64,000 nucleotides of DNA from Proteromonas lacertae (taxonomy: Eukaryota), in contig NGBS01001163.1 in NCBI GenBank assembly GCA_002245135.1, positions 248,001-312,000 of the forward strand, given 5' to 3'. Made by a program: the position numbers and the translations under genes. The notes under the pieces are model-generated. The model searched no databases. It worked only from the letters and a program-made list of their open reading frames with translations, and was not told the origin of the DNA. Positions 53,686 to 64,000 of this stretch are shown here, piece by piece; position 1 is the first letter of the stretch, and the number at the start of each line of letters is the position of its first letter.

Positions 53686-55211
53686 ATGAATTATTCATCT
53701 TATACCTCCTCTTCTTCTGATTATGAAGTAATTCAAGTATAATTGTTACATATGCATTATATAGATCGTATCGTGTGATGATAAAAGCAATTTATCATTC
53801 AATGCAAGAGGATTTAAAAGAGTGTTGGATAAAATTCCTAATATTCCAATTGTTGTTATTTCAGTTGCTGGAAAATATCGAATTGGAAAGAGTTTCTTGA
53901 TAAATTCATTAATTCCAGCTTTAGAATTTTATGAAAGCAATCTACCTAGATGGTTATTTAATAAAAGTAAGTTAGATTTTCATAAGCATGGTTCAAAAGG
54001 TTTTGAGTATAAATGTGGGAAAGCTTCAACAACCAAAGGAATTCATTTACTTAATAAGCCATTCGTTATTCCCAATCCTAATGATTCTTCTAAGAATGTT
54101 GCTATTTTATTAATGGATAGTCAAGGATTAGATGCAATTGATGTAGGAGGAGGAGTTGATCAAGTCTTATTTTCATTAACTAACTTTTTATCATCTCATG
54201 TCATATACAATGTCAAATCTAACATTGAACCAACAAAGTTATTGAGTTTAATTGCATTGGCTAGTCATTCCAAAGTATTATTTAGTTGTAATCGTATTAT
54301 AGAATCATTGTAAAGATATATTTTGTTCATTGGATGTATTAGTTCGTGATTATGCTTTTACAAAAACTAATATTGAAGAAATGAAAAAAGAAAGTGAGAA
54401 TTATGTTAAAGATATGTCTGATTATAGTGGATCTATAGTAGCAGTATATTATATATTATAAAGATAGTTTATATATTGTTGTTAGAAAGATTTTAAAGAA
54501 TTACAAGAATATTTTCGATTTGTAAAATGCTATCCATTACCACATCCTGGTAGAAAAGTTGAAACAAAGAAATTTGAAGGAGATAAAAATGTAATCAATA
54601 ATGATTTTATTGAATTGTTGTATGATTACATAAAAATGTTATTTGATAAACAACATATTGTACCAAAATGTGATAATGGTAAAGATTTATTGCAATTTTT
54701 CGAGACAATGTGTAGTGAGATAATAGAAGAAGGAAATTTAAATGTAGATGAGTTTTATAGACAAATAACCGACTATAAAGATAATAAAATCATAAATAAT
54801 TTCATTACTCAGCATTTTAATCCTTTGAAGACTGTATATTTAAAATATAATGAATGTGATTTTAATAATGTTGTTAGTAATGTTATAAGAGAATATAAAA
54901 ATGTTAAGAATAATGTATTTGATAAATCAAAATTAGATAATATCAATTTTTATTATGAAATAAGGTTACTTGAAAATAAATACAAAGGAGAATTAGAAAG
55001 AAAAAGACTAGATGAAGTAAATAGAAGATTGGCTGAACAACAGAAAAAAGAACAAGAAGAATTAAGACAACAACAAATAGAATATGATAGAAGAATGAAA
55101 GCTAAAGAAGAAAATTTACAAAGAATGTTAAGAGAATTAAATTATGAAATAGAAAGAAGACGTAATGAAACTGTTCGTAAAACTGATGATAAAATTTGTG
55201 TAATATTCTAA
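53686..55211 (+). CDS. GBP/atlastin-family large GTPase with CaaX (CVIF)
   Basis: SVAGKYRIGKSFLIN, TTKGI, LLMDSQG, LVRD, LPHPG; same intron positions as the preceding paralog. Confidence 0.85.
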
Positions 55212-55280
55212 CTAACAACCCATTAAAAGATTAAACATTATTACTGATATATTATATGTTATGTTTAATAAATTTCAAAC

Positions 55281-57113
55281 TCATTCTCTAATTTTCAATT
55301 TCTTTATTCTTTCTCTTATTTGCCTAACTTCTTCATCTTCTTCATTCTCATTTTTTAAATTTCTTTTAGCAGTTTCCAACTCTTTATATAATTCATCTTC
55401 CACAACTCTTTTCATTTCATACATTGACAATGGCAATTCTAAATATGATAGTAATTCTATATGTTTACAATGAGTTACCTCTATTTTCATATCCAAACTT
55501 ATATATCTAAATCTACATTGACTATTCTGAATAATTAACTTATTAAATCTAATTTTTGGTATAGTAATATTAATCATTTGTCCTTTATTCCTCATTTCTA
55601 ATCCAACAAAATACACAGCGTTTTTGTTACTCTAATAAAATCATAACAATAGTAAATATACAATGTTTGGATTATAATATCCAACTGGATGTAAATGGAT
55701 ATTATTAAATTGATGAGTATCACCTAAATATTCAACTAATTTACGAATCTGAGATTCACAATAACCCAACCACTTTAACATATCTTTATCATTTCCAGCA
55801 GAAATAGTTATTGTTAAATAGTTATTGTATTTATAAAAGAAATCTGACTTTTCAATTAGTTTATCCCATTTCTATACATTCATAATAATAATAATTTATT
55901 TATATATACTTCTTTTCCTTTTTCAATTTTTTCTATTATATCATATCCTCTTTTTAATTCATTTTCCATAATTTTCAATGAATATTCATTTATATTTGGA
56001 GTGGAATTGAAACTAGGATATAATGGTGTTAATAGTATCATCTTATGGTATCTATCTCTTTTATTAGCTAGCGGATCCCATACCTATTAGTTGTATATAT
56101 AAAATAACATCATCATATAATACAAATTTATCAAGCGGATTATTCTTTTTAATTTTTTTCATTAATTCAATTGGAATATTCCAATTATATTGTTTATATA
56201 CTTCAAAGAATTTCTTTACTAAAACACTAGAAATTATAAAAATAAATCAAAAGCAATACAACGAACAAGCATTTGGGTATAATTCACAAATATAACATAA
56301 TAAATTAGATAAACTTCCTCCACCAAAATATCCAAATTTATTTGAACTTATATTTCTTTTACTGACCCATTCTAATAAAAACTTCAGTGCAACTATATAG
56401 TCTTTATGATTCTTTACTAATTTTAGAATCGTTTCTGATGTTCTACAACCATTAATACATCTAACACTAGCTTCATCTGCATAATTCAGATTTTTTTCAT
56501 CTGTTATATCTAAATCTTCTTCAATAACTGTATATGGCAATGTAGCAAACAACAGGTGACAATTTATCTTTTCATACATTATATCAATATATGGAACACA
56601 TGCTTTAGGAATAGGATCTATCAATTCAATTCTTCTCTCATCAATAAGTATATTCATAAAATCATCGAAAAACTGCTCTCTTGTCACATAATTTGGTGCT
56701 GCACATAGCACATCAACATTTGCACGTGGTATATAAACTCCTAATCTATAGGTGCCAAATTCAAACAACTTTCCTCTAGCATTGTCAATTATTTCCTTTG
56801 GTTGGTGCTAAATCGATATATTCGTACAAATACTGATGTTAGTGCTATTTTTTTAACAAAAGAGTTAAACATAAGCGATATGTTTGCTAGTATCTCCTGT
56901 CTATGCTTTTTATCTTCATCACTCTCGTTCAAATTATTCTGCCTAAATACAAATATATATATATAAGTACTTAATAAATTCAATCAAATCATTGGAGTTA
57001 TTAATCTCTTCAGATGTTGGATTATCAGTACATACTGGAGTTGGAGTACCGTTATTTACTAAATGGTAACTATAATAATGCATGAGAATAGAATACTTAA
57101 TAAAATTATTCAT
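55281..57113 (-). CDS. Canonical-type poly(A) polymerase homolog with a degenerate active site
   Basis: FGTYRLGV, REQFF, ACVPYI, LLFA, SVRCINGCR, SNKFGYFGG, LYPNA, VWDP, ILLTPLYP.FNST.NI, FFYKYNNYL, WLGYCESQIRKL; multiple short introns. Confidence 0.85.
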
Positions 57114-57230
57114 AATATCTTTTCAGTTTGTCATCCAGTGTGAAAGTCAATATTCAAATGACATTTAAATTCATTTCTTTAATAATTTTAATAAAAATAC
57201 AAAATAACAATATAATAAGTTATTATTACT

Positions 57231-60200
57231 TTATTCTATATCTAATTCGTTACAAATCTTATAATTAGTTGAAGAGTTATCAATCGGTGGATATTTATTA
57301 TCATTAAAGTATATAAATGGAAGTGACTGAGGTGCAGTAGTAAAACTACCATGCTGATTCCTATTAAACTCATTATTACAGATATGACCTATTGTTGATC
57401 TATACATTCTAACTCCTGTATTACCATTATCATATATATAAGAATGTAGTAATATCAAATAGCCTCTTAAACATACAATGCCATAATTTCCATTGTCACT
57501 TATTCTACTATACATTATTCTAACTTGACCATTTTCAATCTTTATACCACATTGAGGACTAAAACTGATTTTACATTTGAAAAAATCAACTTTACATCCA
57601 TTTAGTATATATATAGCAGATCCTTTTCCACTAGAATGTGAGACTGTACAATTGTTAAATACACATTTACCACTGCTTACTCTGATAGCTCCAATGAAGT
57701 TTTTATTTTGACTTAAAAATCTTAAACCATTCATAAATACACCACCACCATTAACATTGATTGTAATTGGAGATAAAAGATTGATGATTACACTTCCTTT
57801 ACTACAAATATAAACAGGTTTATTAATGATCAATTCATTCTTTATATAATAAACTCCACTATGAATTGTTACTTTATCACCAGGTAAGCAATTATTTATA
57901 CAATCCTCTATAGATTTATAATAACGAATATTCTTCATATCTTTAGTCTTTTTCATTATTATATCATCTTCACTACTATCTTCAGGTATTACTTGGACAG
58001 TTAATGATGAATTTCTATAACCTCTATTCCATTGTTCACATGTTTCACTCAAATTTATTTGATCTTTATAAGGGATTAAATAGGAATAAACTGTTTTCAT
58101 AACTTCATTAGGTAAGCCATTATATTTATGTTGTAATGCATATACAAATATTTCTCTATTTTTAATAACTTCAGGCATTTCCCACTGTGTTTCAGATGTA
58201 TAAATATTTCGATAATAATAATAGCCAGTATTTGAATCTTTACAAGTTTCCCAATTAGCGCCAGTAAATTCTTTAATTTTCATTTCTTTCTTTAGTTTAT
58301 TTTGATAATTATAATACATTCTCTCCATATCTTTGTATGGTTTTAATTGTGTAGCTTGCAGACTATAAATGTCACTATCTTTCATCATCATTTCTTCTTC
58401 AGCTAATTCAATCTCTAATGCTTGTTGTTCTTCCCATGTATTCTCTTTTTCTTCCATCTCCTGTGAATGTGCTAATAAATTCTCATAATTCACCACTTGA
58501 TGCTTATCTAATTCTTCATGGAAATATAAACTATATTGCTGAATCTTAGGTAATGATTGTGTTAGTTTTTCATACTCTTGGTTACTGCTATTAATCCAAT
58601 TTCTCTTTTCTTCTTCATCATATATTGTATCTTCATCTGTTGTACTTTCTTTAAATTCACTATTCTCATTCTCTATTTCAGCTTGAACTCCTTTTATTGC
58701 AGCTACATCTCCTTCATCTTCTACTGCATTTAATGCATTGATAAATTCGATTTGATTATATACTTCTACTTCTTTTGCAGATTCTCCTTTTGGGATTACT
58801 GTTGTATTATTTGTTGTGGATGATAAAGAATCTTCTTCTTCTTTTTCTTTATCATTTTCATTTACTGGTATTAAACTAATCACATCTTTATAAGAAAAAT
58901 TCTTAAAGTATTGACCCATATTAAACTGACCATCTTCTAAAGATATCTGATTCAATTGTCTTTTAGCATTTGCTTTCTTCAATATATTCTCTTCAATTGT
59001 CTGTTTTGTTACTAATCTATATATATGTACATCTCTAGTTTGACCTATTCTATGGGCTCGATCCTGGGCTTGAGCATCCATTGCAGGATTCCAGTCAGAA
59101 TCATAGAATATAACAGTATCTGCACCAATCAAGTTAATACCTAAACCTCCACTTCTTGTAGATAAAATAAAACAAAATACTTTGGGATCAGAGTTGAATC
59201 TATCCATCTTATGTTGTCTATCCACGATAGAAGTACTACCATCTAATCTGAGATAAGTGAAACTATGCAAATTCATAAAATACTCCAATATATCCAACAT
59301 ATGAGTCATCTGAGTGAATATCAAACATTTATGTTTTTCTTTTTGTAGTTTTCTTAATAATACAGCTAAGGCTTGTAATTTACCACAATCAAATTGAATT
59401 AACCACTTTTCAGGGAAACATAAAGTCTTTCGAATTCTCCAAAAATGATAACCCATTTCATTTCTTATCTCATATAATTCTTTAGGATTATAAATTATAT
59501 TTTTATTTGTATTACCATATTTTGGATAAATACAATCAATTTCATGTCTTGGTAGCACAGGAAGAATAGTTGAGACAAATCTACAAATATGATCAAACAT
59601 TAAATTGAATCTTTCTTCATAATTCAATACCAATGGCCTTATACTATTATCACTCATATTTTGAATTTTATCTTTTGGATCATCATAAGTGACTCTATAT
59701 TGCAAAATTGATGGTAAGACTCTCACAATTTCTCTTAATTTTCTTCCATATAATATATGTAACTGTAATCTATGTTGATTGATATGTAACATTCTTTTCT
59801 TTATATTGATATATTCTCTTCTATATCCTTCTCTTTCTCGTTTATATGATTCTAATATCTCTGGATTATGAAATATGTTATCAATATCTTTCATTTCTTT
59901 ATCACTTATAAATGATATATTCTCATTAACAAAATCTATTGGTGGTTTTGATAATTCATCTATCAATTGCTGATCTATCATACTATAATCTTCATATTCA
60001 ATAAAATTGAAATTATAAAGTGAATATTTGAATGAATTTGTATCATGTGGAAATACTATATTATTATTATTATCAACATCATCATCTTTAGCATAAACAT
60101 TAAAAATCTTATTACTGAAATATATTCCATGTAATAAAGAAGGAATAATATAATCAATTCCATCCATTGCAAATGGTGCATATATCGATCTACCTTCAAA

Positions 60201-63079
60201 TAAATCAGGATGATTACATATCTTTCTCAATTGCATTAATATATTCATCATTGACATGAAATTACCTCCACTTATTGTATCTTTAGTAGCTCTTCTACTT
60301 ATATAATCTTCATACAATTCACTTTGTCTTTTGGATAATTCACAAGTTACTAAATGATAATATTTCTTGGGCATTTGGCTTTCTACTTCGCTTTTAGTTC
60401 TTCTCAATATAAATGGTCTTATTACTGTATGTAATCTTTCTATTAAAGTTTTGTTATAACTTTCTTTACCTTCTACCATTTGTGTTAATGGATTACTAAA
60501 CCAATATTTAAACTCATCTCTACTACGGAATAGTGCTGGCATTAGAAAGTGCATTAAAGACCATAATTCCATTAAGGAATTCTGTAAAGGAGTTCCTGTT
60601 AATAACAATCTTCTTTTGCTATAAAATGATAATAAAGTTTGCCATCTTTGAGATTGATAATTCTTTATATTATGAGCTTCATCTAATATCAAATAAAACC
60701 ATTTCTTTCTTCTAAATATTAATGCATCTTGAACAACTAATTGATAAGATGTAATACACACATGAAATGTATTTCCTTTATTCCATCCAATTCTTTTATT
60801 TTTTCTTTCATTCGCTGATCCATAATATGTTAAAATATGAAAACCTGGAGCCCATCGTTTAAACTCCATTTCCCAATTGATCAATGTTGATGTTGGTACA
60901 ATAATCAAATGAGGTCCCCAAATTCCTCTTGCACAAGCCAAATGTGATAATAATGCTATTGTTTGTAGTGTTTTACCTAATCCCATTTCATCGGCTAATA
61001 TTCCACTCATTCCTCGATCATATAAAGACACTAACCAATCCATTCCTTCCTTTTGATAAGGTCTCATTGTGAGTGATTTTACTAGTAAATAAGGAATTGG
61101 ATTGTCTTGTACAGGAACTATTATTATTATTATGATAAATATAATAATAATATATACATTTTTGTAATTCACTCAAGTCTATTGGTGTTTCTTCTTCTTC
61201 CTTTACTGTTTCTTCTTCTTCTTTTTCTTCCTCATCATCTTCATCATTTTCATTGTTATTTTCATCATCATTGTCTTCTTCATTATCATCATTATCTTCA
61301 TCATTTGTCTTACCTACTTCAGGTTCTTCTTCTTCTTCATTATTATCATTATTATTCTCTTTTTCTTCTTCTTCCATTTTTTCATTTTTTGTTGTTTTAG
61401 ATGGTGATTTAGTCTTAGACTTTGATATTGATTCTTTTTCTTCTTCCATTTCTTCTTCCATTTCATTGTTATTATTATCACTTTCTTCACTATTACTCAC
61501 TTCATAATCTTCATCTGATTCTTCTTTCTTTACTCTCTTTCTCGATCCCTTTAATGAAGATGCTTTTCGTTTAGATGTAGCTTTCTTTTTTGGAGATTCT
61601 GTTCTTTCATTATCAACAATTGATTTTTCTTCTTTCACAGTTATTTCTTCTTTCATTTCTTCTTTCTGTGGTGATTTTGAGCTTCTCTTTATTCTGGGTG
61701 ATTTTCTTCTACTACTAGCTGGTGATTTCTTTCTATTTGGAGTCTTAAATTCTTCTAATACCTCTTCTTCTTCTTCTTCTTTCTTTTCTTCTTCTTCAAT
61801 TGGTTTTTCTTCTTTTTCTTTATCTTCATTATTATTAATTTCTATTTCTGTTGTTTTTATTCTCTTTACTGGTGGAGGTGATATTGATGAAGATTCAGAT
61901 ACATTACTATTTCTTAATCTAGATGATCTTCTTAATTGGACTATATAATATAATAATAGATATTAATAGATATTAATACTTGATCCTATTGTTGTAGTAG
62001 TTTTCTTCTTCTTCTTTAATCTTCTTTTAGATCTTCTTCTACCACCATATTCTTCATCATCATCATCTTCATCTTCACTATCTTCATCTTCTTCTTCCTC
62101 CTCATCTTCTTCTTCATATTTATCATCTATATATATATCTTCATCAACCTTTTTTTTAGTTATTTCTTTTGCTTTATTACTCACAGGAGGAGGTAATTCT
62201 TCTTTAACTATAATCTTTTCTTCTTTCATTATAATTTCTTTTACATCTTTCACATTCACCTCTTTTTCTGTTTCTGTTTCTTTTTTCTCTTCTTCCACTT
62301 CTTCCACTTCTTTATTCACTTCTTTATTCTTCTTTCCTCTTTTCAATGTATTTCTTTTACCACTGTTCCTTTTGTTATTGTTATTCTTTTTATTCTTTGT
62401 ATTTCTTATTGGAGTTGATTCCGCTGTGCTTAATTCTGTTGTTGTTTCATCATTATCACCATTTGGTGTCTCTAATACTGCCGGTGTTGTTGTATCTGTA
62501 GCAAATTGACTATCTGTATCTCCATTATCTATTAGATTCTTATTTAATGGATTGTTCTTCAATCCTTTTACCATTTCTAATGCGTATTTCTCTGTTTGTG
62601 CTACCATGAATTTCAGATGTTTATCCATTGTCAGTTTTTGTCTATTGAATATTTTTCTATTCAATATATATTACAAAGAATTGATTTAATACCTAACAAA
62701 TTTGTATTCTATAATTTGATCTATTTTCTTCCAGTATCCTTTGACTAGTTTAGATACATCATGCGCTTTTTTAATTCTATCTCTCACTAGTTCCTTATTA
62801 TTTCGATCTCTTTCAGTCTTCTTTCTTTCGAAATGATGTTCCAAACTCTTCACTACTTTCTTTGCCCTATTCTGTTTAATTTTAAATTCTTCATCAAAAT
62901 CATTTGCCATCCACTTCATTTCTGCTAATAAAAAATCCCAATGTGTCTATATTCAATCTAAAAGCAAAATTATACTTTAGGAGGCTCTTTGCTAGGCAAA
63001 ACCTGCTCCCTTATAATTTTCTCTTGAGAATCGGCTATTAATTTTTTCAGTATCTTCTTTTTTTCGATGAATGGCTCAT
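57231..63079 (-). CDS. SWR1: SWR1/SRCAP/Domino chromatin-remodelling ATPase with HSA domain and C-terminal WW, F-box-like and beta-helix domains
   Basis: HSA: THWDFLLAEMKWMANDF, LKFMVAQTEKY. ATPase: GILADEMGLGKT, LILDEAHNIKN, QLRKICNHPDLF, FDCGKLQ.L, LSTRSGGLGINL, AQDRAHRIGQTRDVHIYRL. The start position is approximate. Confidence 0.9.
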
Positions 63080-63351
63080 TTGAAGGCGGATTAATACCAA
63101 ATGAAAACAAAATATCAGAAAACATTAATAAAAAACAAAAATTAAAAATCTGACTTGAAAAAGCTTGATCTATCCCGCCTTTTTATCTTTTTTTTTATAA
63201 AATAAACTAATGACATATATATGAAATTAAGATTATAAATGTGCATATTAATTACAATAAGAGCATAAACAGCAATACAAACAGAGAATAATGAAAAAAG
63301 TATATATTTGGAATTAAAAAACAACACAAAAATCAAATAAATAAAAACAGA

Positions 63352-63819
63352 TTATGAATCATAATACCATTTATATGGATCTTGAGACGAAACTGGAGCA
63401 ACAAGTTCATTTTCATTTGGTAATTCTGTTTTACTCCACGTAGGAAAGGGAGGTGGAATTTTAAATCTATTCTTATAACTATCTACAATTGTAACATATT
63501 CACCTTTATTTCCAGGTATACTTCCCTTCACATAAATCAAATTTCTAATTGGCTCTAATTTCATCACTTCCAATGCTTCAGATACAGCATGATGCCCACC
63601 CATTCTACCAGGCATTTTCTTACCAGGAAATACTCTCGAAGCATTTTCTCTTTGCCCAATGCTTCCACCATGTCTGTGTTTTAATGTTGTACCATGTGTT
63701 GCAGGCATTCCATGAAATCCATGTCGTTTCATCACTCCTTGAAATCCTTTACCTTTTGTTATTCCTCCAATATCTACCATTTGACCTGGTACAAAGTGAA
63801 GACAACTGATTGTTGTTCC
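63352..63819 (-). CDS. MRPL3: Mitochondrial-type ribosomal protein uL3, last exon only
   Basis: HFVPGQMVDIGGITKGKGFQGVMKRHGF.GMPATHG, RVFPGKKMPGRMG, LIYVKGSIPG, PPPFPT; the upstream exons were not identified in the window. Confidence 0.85.
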   Translation of the reverse strand, partial: GTTISCLHFVPGQMVDIGGITKGKGFQGVMKRHGFHGMPATHGTTLKHRHGGSIGQRENASRVFPGKKMPGRMGGHHAVSEALEVMKLEPIRNLIYVKGSIPGNKGEYVTIVDSYKNRFKIPPPFPTWSKTELPNENELVAPVSSQDPYKWYYDS

Positions 63820-64000
63820 TATTTATGTAGATCGTATTATACTTCTCCCAAGTAAATGTTTAGAAAGGGGAAACCTGAGATAGATCAGTAGTAGTTTAAT
63901 ATATAGAATAGAATATATAAGTAATATTTTTTGTTTTAAGAAATATCACTTTTTGTTCGAAATTTATAATATTCTAATAATTGTTTCTTTATGTATTTTT

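Noticed and set aside
63820..64000. Missing N-terminal half of uL3 (possible split gene or insertion)
   Set aside because: A TAG acceptor precedes the exon and the window ends within 180 bp, so a longer intron cannot be excluded.
1..64000. tRNA, rRNA, transposase or CRISPR features
   Set aside because: None recognisable by eye; a covariance-model search would be needed to exclude small RNAs.

Overview
Gene-dense, very AT-rich eukaryotic (protist) nuclear DNA. It uses the standard code and has many short (~25-40 nt) GT(A)T...TAG introns. A Sig1/Ocm-type tubular-hair (mastigoneme) gene points to a stramenopile; the tiny introns and AT richness suggest an opalinatan such as Proteromonas (inference only). 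About 20 genes can be read. The two most notable are (1) a ~12 kb class C (GABA-B-like) GPCR whose ectodomain appears to be ~9 tandem AmiC/UrtA-like Venus-flytrap domains and (2) an almost intron-free type I PKS (KS-AT-DH-ER-KR-ACP) fused to a bacterial-type PLP alpha-oxoamine synthase, lying head-to-head with proteasome beta5. Also present: a tandem array of CaaX-tailed GBP/atlastin-like GTPases with a GTPase-less sibling and shared upstream motifs; a SPRY-headed Crinkler/RHS-like double NTPase; a poly(A) polymerase lacking two catalytic Asp; SWR1 fused to WW/F-box/beta-helix; and an ankyrin-WW kinesin-14. Many genes are split by single-base frameshifts that most likely reflect long-read indel errors. 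All domain calls come from motif recognition by eye; no searches were run.
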